Assembly: GCA_963668175.1 (NCBI GenBank)
Contig: OY764159.1
Coordinates: 4,416,001-4,480,000, forward strand
DNA: 64,000 nucleotides
From: Syntrophales bacterium
GTDB lineage: Bacteria > Desulfobacterota > Syntrophia > Syntrophales > PHBD01
Reading direction: 5' to 3'
The position numbers and the translations under genes were made by a program. Position 1 is the first letter of the stretch; every line of letters begins with the position of its first letter. A model generated the notes under the pieces. That model was not told the DNA's origin and ran no database searches. It worked only from the letters and a program-made list of their open reading frames with translations. Of the stretch, positions 10,109 through 19,171 are shown in pieces.

Positions 10109-11106
10109 TTCACGTTCAGGATGGCATCGACTTTTTCTTTACCGAATTGCTGAAAAAATTCTCCCATGGCCGGAAGCATGGCCTTCCGCCAGGTCTCTTT
10201 ATCGATGCCCTTCGTTACGGTCATGCCCTTTGACGCCAACTCGGAAATCTGCTTTTCCTCTGCATCCCTGCCGAGTTTTCGTTGATATTGAGCGACTTCC
10301 TGAGCGGTTTTCAGGATCATGTCCTGATCTTCCTTGGGAATGGCCTGCCATTTCTTCTGGCTGGCGATCACGACCGCCGGCGAATAGACGTGCTGCGTCA
10401 AGGACAGGTGCTTTTGAACTTCATTCAACTTTACCGAGTAGATGACGGCGATCGGATTTTCCTGGCCGTCGATCGTCTTTTGCTGCAGGGCTCCGTAGAC
10501 CTCGCCCCAGGCCATCGGCACAGGATTGACGCTTATCGCTTTCCACGCCGCTATATGAATCTTGTTTTCCATAGTCCTGATTTTCAGCCCCTTGGCGTCG
10601 GCGGGCAGTTTCACGGCCTGCCTGGAGTTGGTCAGATTGCGAAAACCGTTTTCCCAGAAGGCCAACCCTTTGAATTGGGCCTTGTCAAGGTCGCTCAGGA
10701 GTTGAAGACCGATGGGACCGTCAAGAACGGTGTCCACATGATGATAATCCCGAAAGAGAAACGGGATATCGAGAATGCCGACCGCCGGGCTGAAGCCGCT
10801 GAGAGGGCCGGTGGAACCGACATATAAATCGATCGTCCCCTGTTGGACGGCTTCCAGGAGTTCCCGCTCGCCTTTTCCAAGCTGCCCTTCCGGATATATG
10901 GTGATTTGAATACGTCCGCCGCTCCGTTCCTTCACCAGATCGGCAAACTTGCTCGCCCCCTGATTGTACGTATGGCTCATCGGGGTCGAACTGGCCAGTT
11001 TCATCTGTGCCTTGAATTCCCCCTTAGGCGCCTTCTCGGTGCCGCACCCGGCGACGGCCATCGCCATGAAGAAAACGACGATACAGCAACTGATTCTCTT
11101 CATCAT
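10105..11106 (-). CDS. dctP: TRAP transporter substrate-binding protein (lipoprotein form)
   Basis: WENGFR, GLKIRTME, EVYGALQQKTIDGQENP; lipobox VAGC. Confidence 0.93.
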   Translation of the reverse strand: MMKRISCCIVVFFMAMAVAGCGTEKAPKGEFKAQMKLASSTPMSHTYNQGASKFADLVKERSGGRIQITIYPEGQLGKGERELLEAVQQGTIDLYVGSTGPLSGFSPAVGILDIPFLFRDYHHVDTVLDGPIGLQLLSDLDKAQFKGLAFWENGFRNLTNSRQAVKLPADAKGLKIRTMENKIHIAAWKAISVNPVPMAWGEVYGALQQKTIDGQENPIAVIYSVKLNEVQKHLSLTQHVYSPAVVIASQKKWQAIPKEDQDMILKTAQEVAQYQRKLGRDAEEKQISELASKGMTVTKGIDKETWRKAMLPAMGEFFQQFGKEKVDAILNVK

Positions 11107-11262
11107 AAATCCCCCCTCCTTCAAATTAAAGATGAAGCAGCATGGCAGGGCGCAAAGCCGCCCTGCCGCCGTTTTCCAACCCTTTAACCTTTATAGCGGA
11201 TAAATGCAAGCGAAGCCCGTCGGTCAGACAGGCATGTCGTTCTAACGCAACCTCAAGCTGCT

Positions 11263-13458
11263 CTACTTGGCCTTTGCCGCAGACAGGATCTTCTGCGGAG
11301 CAGCAACCCCCAGGCCCTTTCTGATCTTCTCCAGCATCGCCTTTTCTTTATCGCTGTATGCCCCGTCGACCAGTGCTATGCGTCTGGCTACTTCCAGGGC
11401 TTCCAGGCGATCTTCCGGATTCGGGATCATGGCGGCCAGGGCGGCCAGAGCCCTTTCCTCATCACACTGGAGGATTCTGGCCTGTGTTTTGACGATCCGC
11501 TTGAAAGTCGCGGGCCTGATCTTCTTCAACACCTTGTGCGTCTGGGCGATCCCTTCCGCAATCACATAATGCCTACGGCCGATGACGGGACTGGTCCTAG
11601 CCATGGCCATCATGACCCGGATCAGGCCTTCAGCCGTTCCCCCCTCCTCGAAGGCGAGGACACACGTCTTTTCCGCGGATGCTTCCGAAACGGCGGCCTG
11701 CTCCTTGTCCTCGGTCGGCATGAAGAAGTGATGGAGAAAGTCCTGACTGTAAATCCAGCGGAAGGCCTGTTCCTGAAAGCGATCCCGCGTGTCCCGATAG
11801 AGGTTCAGCATCTCTTCGATTGCAGAGGACATATTCTTTTCCAGCAAAACGAATGGATTGTCGGGCGAGACCGGGCGGCGGTTTTTCCTCGCTACAGAAG
11901 CTACGGAGGCCAGAGGGCGAAGCAGAGGATTCATATCGGAGATCATGTACCGCTGAGAACGCAACGGATGCATCCAGCGGATCATCTCCGCCGTCAATTC
12001 GGAAGACCACATCTGTACCCACGGGCGGAGAAATACACGATAGAGGTCGTCGTTGACGTTGGAGACGGCATTGACGACCTGAAAATCCTCTTCGTCTGCC
12101 GTGCCGTCGTCCATGGCGGCGATATGCTCCAGGGTCCGCTCCTCAAAAGCGGCCTTGAAATCCCCTGTCTTGACGTCGCCTTCGATAACCATCTCGTAGA
12201 GTCCCGGGGGGAGGTATTCGATCATGTCGAAGTTGCTGATGATCTCCTTGTGTTCCTTCTTGGCGACGCTGGCGGACACGAAGATCCCCAGATGTCCGAT
12301 CTCCTCATGCACGACGTAAATGATGACCTGTCCCCTCTCTTTGATCTCATCCACGGAACGATAAACCCGGGGAATCCAGTTAAGGGCCTGCTGAACCGGT
12401 GTAATATTGTCGCCCCGCGAGGCGAATACCAGAATCGGACTTTCGATATTCTTCAGACTGATCTTCTCTCCGCGCCGCAATTCCAGGTCGCCCTTTTCCA
12501 GCTTATTCCCGACGAAGAGATTGCTGACGATAAAGTGAATCTCCTCCGCCGTCATCATGAAGAATCCGCCCCACCACTTCTCAAAGGCGAGAAAGCGGTG
12601 TTCTTCGGTATCGAGCTGTGAATAGACGTGGTAGTTCTTGCTCCAGAGGGTATTGGCCGGATTAAGCGATTCAAAGTTGGATACCAGATGGGCCCCGTCG
12701 AATTTCCCGTTGCCCAGGTCGCTGAGGAGGCTGTTCATCCAAATTCCTCCCACCAGACCGCCCTTGTACCGCATGGGGTTGACGCCTTCCACGCCAGCCC
12801 AATAGGAAAGAGGGGCTCCGTTCAGAACCAGCGGACCGGTTATATCCGGCCGATCGGCACAGAGAAGGGCCGCCGCCCATCCCGCCTGACAATTGCCGAT
12901 GATGGCCGGGTTATCCGCATAAGGATGTCGATTGACGACTTCCTCGACGAAGCGCACTTCGGCGGCTTCCACATCGGCAAGCGTCTGACCGGGTATGGGA
13001 TCCGTATAAAACAGGATGAAATAGACGGGGTGGTTATGGTCGAGGGCCATGCCTATTTCCGAATCCCTTTTGGAGCCGCCTATTCCCGGCCCATGGCCGG
13101 CCCGGGGATCGATGATGATGATGGGCCTTTTGGGGAGTTCGGGCATATGCTTCAGGTCTCTCCTCCGCCGCTCCTCTTCTTCCTTCAGTTTACTTGCCTC
13201 TTTCCGGCGATCGGAGATACGGACCAGGGCATAATTAACGGGCCGCTTGAAGGTCCGTCCGTCCAGAATCATCTCGTAATTGAACGTCAGCACCGGCGGC
13301 TGCCCGCTTTTTATATGCTCGATGTAGGTGTTGCCCCGCTTACGCATAATATCCATAAAAATAATGGACCGCTGAAGCGCATCCACACTGTAATCGAAAT
13401 AAGCTTTCATGCTGTCTCCGAGTGCCTCGGCTTCCTTACCGACGTTCAATGGCTCCAT
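11263..13458 (-). CDS. DUF3141-family alpha/beta hydrolase (PHA-synthase-like) with C-terminal TerB-like helical domain
   Basis: DPRAGHGPGIGG, GNCQAG (Cys lipase box), FEKWWGG, SRGDNITP, GHLGIFVS; C-terminal ..IALVDGAYSDKEKAML.. Confidence 0.85.
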   Translation of the reverse strand: MEPLNVGKEAEALGDSMKAYFDYSVDALQRSIIFMDIMRKRGNTYIEHIKSGQPPVLTFNYEMILDGRTFKRPVNYALVRISDRRKEASKLKEEEERRRRDLKHMPELPKRPIIIIDPRAGHGPGIGGSKRDSEIGMALDHNHPVYFILFYTDPIPGQTLADVEAAEVRFVEEVVNRHPYADNPAIIGNCQAGWAAALLCADRPDITGPLVLNGAPLSYWAGVEGVNPMRYKGGLVGGIWMNSLLSDLGNGKFDGAHLVSNFESLNPANTLWSKNYHVYSQLDTEEHRFLAFEKWWGGFFMMTAEEIHFIVSNLFVGNKLEKGDLELRRGEKISLKNIESPILVFASRGDNITPVQQALNWIPRVYRSVDEIKERGQVIIYVVHEEIGHLGIFVSASVAKKEHKEIISNFDMIEYLPPGLYEMVIEGDVKTGDFKAAFEERTLEHIAAMDDGTADEEDFQVVNAVSNVNDDLYRVFLRPWVQMWSSELTAEMIRWMHPLRSQRYMISDMNPLLRPLASVASVARKNRRPVSPDNPFVLLEKNMSSAIEEMLNLYRDTRDRFQEQAFRWIYSQDFLHHFFMPTEDKEQAAVSEASAEKTCVLAFEEGGTAEGLIRVMMAMARTSPVIGRRHYVIAEGIAQTHKVLKKIRPATFKRIVKTQARILQCDEERALAALAAMIPNPEDRLEALEVARRIALVDGAYSDKEKAMLEKIRKGLGVAAPQKILSAAKAK

Positions 13459-13543
13459 AAATACTCCTTTGGTCTTCAGTGGTTATTGCTCATCATGACC
13501 GGGAATCCCTACATCCGATGGGTCGATGAGCTATGAATTAAGA

Positions 13544-13559
13544 TGCAAGATATATGCCC
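13544..13559 (-). promoter_or_regulatory. Sigma54 (-24/-12) promoter for the DUF3141 gene
   Basis: Minus strand GGGCATATATCTTGCA has exact GG-N10-GC spacing with TTGCA, about 85 bp upstream of the start. Confidence 0.65.
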
Positions 13560-13874
13560 TTCATATCCTTAATATCGCGACCATATCCGGCGCCGTTACA
13601 GCTGACGGCGACACCGCCTCAGGACGCGAAACCGGCAGGCTCTTCTTACGCATACCCTGTAGATCTATTTTTTGGCTATCATCTATATATCAGACTTGAG
13701 GCTTTATGACAAACGGGATGGGTGATTGTTTTACCTCCGAGGCAGAACAGACGGGCATGCAGAAATACATTCGATGACCGTCACGTGCAGCGGATGGTCC
13801 GGCGGCAAACCGCCGGGGCGATATCTCTTGACATTAGCTATAAATATTAATGCGTTGAGCAAGCCCTGATCCAA

Positions 13875-13905
13875 TGTCAACCATCAAGAGATTATATGGT
13901 TGACA
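13875..13905 (+). promoter_or_regulatory. BirA (biotin repressor) operator overlapping the -35 of the bio operon promoter
   Basis: TGTCAACCAT-N11-ATGGTTGACA perfect 10-bp inverted repeat (TGTCAACC-N15-GGTTGACA). The right arm contains TTGACA, and a candidate -10 TATAGC lies at 13924. Confidence 0.85.
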
Positions 13906-14005
13906 AAAGTCCTCTCCAGTTGGTATAGCGCCATCTCTCGGTGGTGTCTGCTTGACGATCAGGACACCGTCGAGGCTGAAATACCCTTTGTCCGGGAGCG
14001 ATGGA

Positions 14006-15376
14006 ATGGAATCTTTACGACAAGATAACAAGCAGTTGGCAATCAACGACCGGCAGTATATTTGGCATCCCTTCACGCAAATGCAGCAGTATACGGCGGA
14101 GCAACCGGTCATCATAAAAGAGGGGTACGGTTGCATCCTGAAGGACATTGACGGAAATGAATATATCGACGGTGTATCCTCCCTCTGGACCAATGTCCAT
14201 GGTCACCGGAAAGCCCATCTCGATCAGGCCGTCAAAAATCAGATCGATCTGATCGCCCACTCCACCCTCCTCGGGCTTTCCAACGTACCGGCCATCCGGT
14301 GCGCGGAAATGCTCGTCCGCATAGCACCACCGGGATTGACCCGCGTATTTTACTCCGACAGCGGCTCGACGGCCGTCGAGATCGCCTTGAAGATAGCATT
14401 CCAGTATCATCAGCAAGCCCAAGACGGCCTTCGCGAGAAGAAGAAGTTCATCTCTCTCGTGAATGCCTATCACGGCGATACGATAGGGTCCGTCAGTGTC
14501 GGCGGCATCGATCTGTTCCACCAGGTGTACCATCCTTTGCTTTTTGATTCGTTTAAGGCGGAGTCCCCTTACTGTTACCGCTGCCCTTTCGGGAAATCTT
14601 ACCCGGACTGCAAAATGGAATGTTTTTGTCAGCTCGAAGATGTGGTGAAAGAGCATGCCCACGAGGTCTGCGCCCTGGTGATGGAACCCCTGGTTCAGGG
14701 GGCCGCGGGGATGTTGATGCAGCCTCCGGGATATTTGAAGAAGGTCCGCGACCTATGCACGGCCAATCGCATCTTCCTGATTGCGGATGAGGTCGCCGTG
14801 GGTTTCGGCAAGACGGGCAAAATGTTCGCCTGCGAACACGAAGGCGTGACGCCGGACATCATGACCGTGGCCAAGGGCATTACCGGCGGCTATCTCCCCT
14901 TAGCGGCCACGCTTGCCACGGAAGAGATCTACAGGGGATTCCTCGGCGAGTACGACGAGCTCAAGACGTTTTTCCACGGCCATACGTATACGGGCAACCC
15001 CCTGGCCTGTGCCGCGGCCATCGCCAATATGGAAATATTCGCGCAGGAAAAGGTCCTGGAAAAATTACAGGAAACCATCAGGCATCTCGCCGAACGGCTC
15101 GAGGCTTTCCGGTCGCTTGCCTGCGTCGGTGATATTCGCCAGAAAGGGATCATGGTCGGCATCGAACTGGTAAGCGAAAGGGAATCGAAAGAGCCCTTTC
15201 CGCTCAAAGACAACATCGGCCATCAGGTCACCCTGGAAGCAAGAAAACAAGGACTCATCATCCGTCCTCTCGGAGGAATCATCGTCATGATGCCGCCCCT
15301 GGCTGTGTCCATATCCGAAATCGACCGGATCTGCGACATCACCTACGACGCCATCAAAAAGGTCACCGAACGGTAA
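14006..15376 (+). CDS. bioA: Adenosylmethionine-8-amino-7-oxononanoate aminotransferase
   Basis: [36 protein letters not shown] lysine in [16 protein letters not shown]. Confidence 0.97.
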   Translation: MESLRQDNKQLAINDRQYIWHPFTQMQQYTAEQPVIIKEGYGCILKDIDGNEYIDGVSSLWTNVHGHRKAHLDQAVKNQIDLIAHSTLLGLSNVPAIRCAEMLVRIAPPGLTRVFYSDSGSTAVEIALKIAFQYHQQAQDGLREKKKFISLVNAYHGDTIGSVSVGGIDLFHQVYHPLLFDSFKAESPYCYRCPFGKSYPDCKMECFCQLEDVVKEHAHEVCALVMEPLVQGAAGMLMQPPGYLKKVRDLCTANRIFLIADEVAVGFGKTGKMFACEHEGVTPDIMTVAKGITGGYLPLAATLATEEIYRGFLGEYDELKTFFHGHTYTGNPLACAAAIANMEIFAQEKVLEKLQETIRHLAERLEAFRSLACVGDIRQKGIMVGIELVSERESKEPFPLKDNIGHQVTLEARKQGLIIRPLGGIIVMMPPLAVSISEIDRICDITYDAIKKVTER

Positions 15377-15389
15377 ACGCGGGGACCCT

Positions 15390-15677
15390 ATGGAAATCAC
15401 CGGCACTTTCTTTTTCGATCCCGCCGACCGTATCTATCGGGACCATTTTCCTTCCCATCCGGTCGTACCGGGAACCCAAATCGTCCGCGCCTTCATGGAG
15501 GCCGTCCGAAGAGGGATACCGACGGCAAATCGTTTCGTCATCGACCATTTCAGGTTCCGGCATTTTATCGTCCCCGGGGAGTATTCTTACCGTATTCGGC
15601 CGGAAGAGAAGGGGCTTTCGTGTGCGCTGTTCGATCATGATCGTATCGTTGTAACCGGAAGGATGATCGTATCGTGA
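15390..15677 (+). CDS. Hotdog-fold 3-hydroxyacyl-ACP dehydratase subunit (His-bearing, FabZ/ApeI-like)
   Basis: DHFPSHPVVPG motif and FRHFIVPG strand; 95 aa. Confidence 0.75.
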   Translation: MEITGTFFFDPADRIYRDHFPSHPVVPGTQIVRAFMEAVRRGIPTANRFVIDHFRFRHFIVPGEYSYRIRPEEKGLSCALFDHDRIVVTGRMIVS

Positions 15678-16432
15678 ATATGACGTTTTCAGGAAAGCAT
15701 GCCCTCGTTTTGGGCGGAAGCTGCGAATTGGCGCTTGCTCTGGCTGATCGTTTCATAGAGACCGGTATCCGCCCCTTCTTAACCTTCAGAAACGAAGAAG
15801 GCAGGCAGCGAATCGAAGAACGCCTCGCTTCGTCTCAGGGGAAATTCGAGAACGTCTATTTCGATTTTGGGAAACCGGATACGATCAGTACATTATTCGC
15901 CGCCGTGGGTGAAGAGCTCGATTACCTCGTCGATTTCGCCCAGGGCAACTATGAGAGCTTTGTCGCGTCCGCAGACGGGGACGCGGTCGCCCGGTATATC
16001 CACGAAAATGTGGCCGTGCGCTCCCGACTTCTGAAAGAAGCGGGCCGTCTCATGTTGGCCAGAAAAAAAGGACGCATGGTGTTTGTTTCCTCGACAGCGG
16101 CTCTTTGGCCGAATCATGGACAGGGCTTCTATGCAGCTACAAAACTGGCAGCGGAAGCCCTCTACAAAAACATGGGCTTGGAACTGGGGAGACGAGGCGT
16201 CACGGCCGTTACCCTGAGGCCTGGCTATGTATATGCCGGACGCGGCCGGTCGTTTATCCAAAAAAACGAAATCGAAGTCATGCACAGAATACCGACGGAA
16301 AAAATACTGACCGCGGAAGAGATCGCGTCAGCCATCATGTTTCTCCTTTCGGACGGAGCCGCCGGCTTTAATGCTACGGAATTAACCATGGACGGCGGTC
16401 TCACGGCCGGCAAACAACTTCGGAGGATTTAA
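15674..16432 (+). CDS. SDR 3-oxoacyl-ACP reductase-like protein (divergent FabG)
   Basis: ALVLGGS Rossmann start, VSS, YAATK catalytic motif, LRPG, MDGG. Confidence 0.85.
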   Translation: MNMTFSGKHALVLGGSCELALALADRFIETGIRPFLTFRNEEGRQRIEERLASSQGKFENVYFDFGKPDTISTLFAAVGEELDYLVDFAQGNYESFVASADGDAVARYIHENVAVRSRLLKEAGRLMLARKKGRMVFVSSTAALWPNHGQGFYAATKLAAEALYKNMGLELGRRGVTAVTLRPGYVYAGRGRSFIQKNEIEVMHRIPTEKILTAEEIASAIMFLLSDGAAGFNATELTMDGGLTAGKQLRRI

Positions 16433-16433
16433 G

Positions 16434-16799
16434 TTGGATCCATTCGTACAGATCAAAGAAATACTCATCAACCTTCTGGATATCGAAGGCCATGAGATCA
16501 CGCCGGAAACATACTTAATCAGGGACCTGGGCGCCGAATCGATCGATCTTCTGGAACTTGCCGTGGCCATCAGCGCCGAGTGCGGGGTCCAGGTGAACGA
16601 CAACGATATATTTCTCAAACCGTTGCGTCTTTATCTCGAGCAGGCCAAGGAAAGCGGCATCGATCCCGGAACCTACCTGGCGGAAAAATTCCCGTTTCTG
16701 ACAGGCCCGAGAATCAGGGAAATCCTGGCCGATATCCACCTGGGACCGGTGCTTAAAGTGAAGGATCTCACCGGTTACGTAGCCTGGAAGACATGTTGA
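16434..16799 (+). CDS. Acyl carrier protein, enlarged (121 aa)
   Basis: LIRDLGAESIDLLEL phosphopantetheine-site motif and C-terminal KVKDL. Confidence 0.85.
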   Translation: MDPFVQIKEILINLLDIEGHEITPETYLIRDLGAESIDLLELAVAISAECGVQVNDNDIFLKPLRLYLEQAKESGIDPGTYLAEKFPFLTGPRIREILADIHLGPVLKVKDLTGYVAWKTC

Positions 16800-16901
16800 A
16801 GGGCGATAACGGATGCGCAGGAGTTTCAGCGGGGCCGATCAGCGAATCGAAGGCGTTTGTCTGAAGAATTGGATTCATAAAGTGCCCGGCATCGTAAGCT
16901 T

Positions 16902-17534
16902 ATGTCGATTTTAGATGAACTGACCACACAAAGAAGAAGCATCCGCACCTACAAGGCGGATATGCCCCCTGAAGAGTGGATCTCGGTGATGCTCCGGTGC
17001 GCTGCCAAAGCGCCGTCGCCCACAAACAGCCGCCCCGTCAGGTTCGTCCGGATAAAATCCCACGAGAAGCGTGCCTCCCTTCACCGGGCGATGCACCAGG
17101 GCTATCAAAACTTGCTGGAAGCGGCCAAGCAATGCGAGAAACCCCGGAGAAAAACGAATATCGTCAACGCCTACTGGCGGTACTCGGAATTTATCAACAA
17201 TGCCCCTCTGCTTTTCGCCGTCGGCGTTAAAACCGACGGTAACGGTTTTTCCAAAAGACTCTTCGAGGCCGAACTCATTTCCCGGGACGACAGAACGGAC
17301 ACCGATCTCGATATCACCGTCGGCCTGGCCTTGAAAGGGTTTCTCCTGAAAGGCACCGAACTCGGTCTCGGCATGTGCATCCTTACGGCGCCGCTCGTTT
17401 TTGCCGGCGATATCGACAAAATCCTCGGACTTTCCGGCATCCGCATCAAGTGCCTGGTAACGGCAGGCTATCCCCATGAAACGCCGCCCTACCTGGAAAG
17501 AATGCAGGCGTCCGATATGCTGTTGGAAATATAA
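16902..17534 (+). CDS. Nitroreductase-family flavoprotein
   Basis: RRSIRTY, APSPTNSRP, ELGLGMC and AGYP FMN-binding motifs. Confidence 0.88.
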   Translation: MSILDELTTQRRSIRTYKADMPPEEWISVMLRCAAKAPSPTNSRPVRFVRIKSHEKRASLHRAMHQGYQNLLEAAKQCEKPRRKTNIVNAYWRYSEFINNAPLLFAVGVKTDGNGFSKRLFEAELISRDDRTDTDLDITVGLALKGFLLKGTELGLGMCILTAPLVFAGDIDKILGLSGIRIKCLVTAGYPHETPPYLERMQASDMLLEI

Positions 17535-18746
17535 ATGGACAGACGCGTCGTCATCACATCCATGGGCGTTGTTTCCTCCCTGGGGGACACTCCGGAAAAG
17601 ATCATGGCGAGCATTCGGAATGAAAAGGTCTCTTTTGCAAGACCGGCATTCGACAACGAAATCGTCATCAGCCCCATACGGCATTTTGTCCTCAAGGATT
17701 ATATCGGACGCTTCAAGAACGCCCGATATCTGATACGAGGCGCCCAACTGGGTGTGGCCTCCGCCGTGGTGGCCTTCAAGAGGGCCAACCTTGACGAGGG
17801 CATGACGGCCGACTGCGGCCTCTTTGTGGGAACGGGCCCGAACATGGACATCAGCGGTGAATTCCCCGATTTCGCCAGGGGCAAGCTGGATACGGACAAC
17901 CTGAACGCCCTCTGGATGCTGCGTTTTCTCCCCAACACGATGGCCTCGACGATTGCACAACTGACCGGAACGCACGGAGAGAATAGCACGATCACCACGG
18001 CCTGCGCCGCCTCCCTGCATGCCTTGGGCGAGGCGTTCCGGAAAATCAGGGACGGGTATCTTGATCTGGCCCTGGCCGGCGGCGGAGAGTCACGTATCAA
18101 TCCCATCGGTATCCTCGGTTATAAAAAAGCGCGGGCCTTAAACAGCGGCCCCGGGGCCCCGGAAAAGGCATCGCGGCCCTTCAACGAAGACAGATCGGGA
18201 TTCGTTCCGGGAGAAGGAGGCGCTTTTTTCCTCCTGGAAGACCTGGAACACGCCCGGAAGCGCAAGGCGGATATCTATGGCGAAATTTGCGGCTTTGGAA
18301 ATTCCCTGGACGGCGTAACCATGACCGCGCCCGATGCCGAAGGCATATGGGCCGAAAAGGCGATATTTTCGGCGTTCCATGAAGCAGGGGTTGCCCCGGC
18401 AGACATCGACCTTGTCTGCACGCACGGCACGGGGACCTGTCTCAACGATGCCATGGAGCATACCTTGATCAAGCGAATATACGGAACCCACAAACCCTAC
18501 CTGCTGGCGCTCAAATCATGGATCGGCCACCTATCGGCGGCCTGCGGGGCCGTTGAATCCGCCCTGCTTCTGATCTGCATGCAAAACGGCTATCTTCCGG
18601 AGATCCGCAATCTCAGCGCCCCCTGTGCGGATGACCTTAACTTCGTCCGGGAAGCCAGGACCTTCACGCCTCGGACGGCCGTCATCCAGAATTTCGGCTT
18701 CGGCGGCCAGAACGGCGCCCTGGTGATCAAGTCATGGAAAGAATAG
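17535..18746 (+). CDS. Beta-ketoacyl-ACP synthase (FabF-like)
   Basis: Cys-His-His triad: TACAAS, HGTGT, KSWIGH; also GEGG and NFGFGG. Confidence 0.92.
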   Translation: MDRRVVITSMGVVSSLGDTPEKIMASIRNEKVSFARPAFDNEIVISPIRHFVLKDYIGRFKNARYLIRGAQLGVASAVVAFKRANLDEGMTADCGLFVGTGPNMDISGEFPDFARGKLDTDNLNALWMLRFLPNTMASTIAQLTGTHGENSTITTACAASLHALGEAFRKIRDGYLDLALAGGGESRINPIGILGYKKARALNSGPGAPEKASRPFNEDRSGFVPGEGGAFFLLEDLEHARKRKADIYGEICGFGNSLDGVTMTAPDAEGIWAEKAIFSAFHEAGVAPADIDLVCTHGTGTCLNDAMEHTLIKRIYGTHKPYLLALKSWIGHLSAACGAVESALLLICMQNGYLPEIRNLSAPCADDLNFVREARTFTPRTAVIQNFGFGGQNGALVIKSWKE

Positions 18747-19171
18747 TTATCCATACGGGCCTCGATCATTTCGTCATGGTGGATGCGATCGACGGCATGG
18801 ACGAAAACCAGATCGACGGCGAGGTCACTCTTGAAAACGCCGATCCGACCCTGCTTCTTGAATCCCTGGCGCAATTGGCGGGCCTGCATATCCGCCATTC
18901 CCTCGACTTCACCAAACACGCCTTCCTGGTAAGGATCTCGGGAGCACCGCTTCCTGAGGAGAAATCCCTAACCGGTACGTACAGCCTGCGGGGAAAGCTG
19001 GTCAGCCGCAGCGAGGAGGCCTTCACCTACCGTTTGGAGGCCGGCGGGAAAAATGTTCCCGTCGTCCGCGGGCAGTTTCTCTTCGGCACGGTCGATTATA
19101 ATGACGATTTCCAAAAGGATATTTTACAGAAGCATTATCGAAAGGTCCTGGCATGCGCGAAGAGGAAATAA
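18734..19171 (+). CDS. Hotdog-fold dehydratase subunit (Glu-bearing, ApeP-like)
   Basis: FVMVD and LLESLAQLAG helix motif; lacks HFP. Confidence 0.65.
   Translation: MERIVIHTGLDHFVMVDAIDGMDENQIDGEVTLENADPTLLLESLAQLAGLHIRHSLDFTKHAFLVRISGAPLPEEKSLTGTYSLRGKLVSRSEEAFTYRLEAGGKNVPVVRGQFLFGTVDYNDDFQKDILQKHYRKVLACAKRK

Noticed and set aside
11144..11167. GCGCAAAGCC and GGCAAA-like strings (also near 52320) as c-di-GMP-I riboswitch fragments
   Set aside because: The two-hairpin GEMM architecture is not present. The first is a simple GC hairpin.
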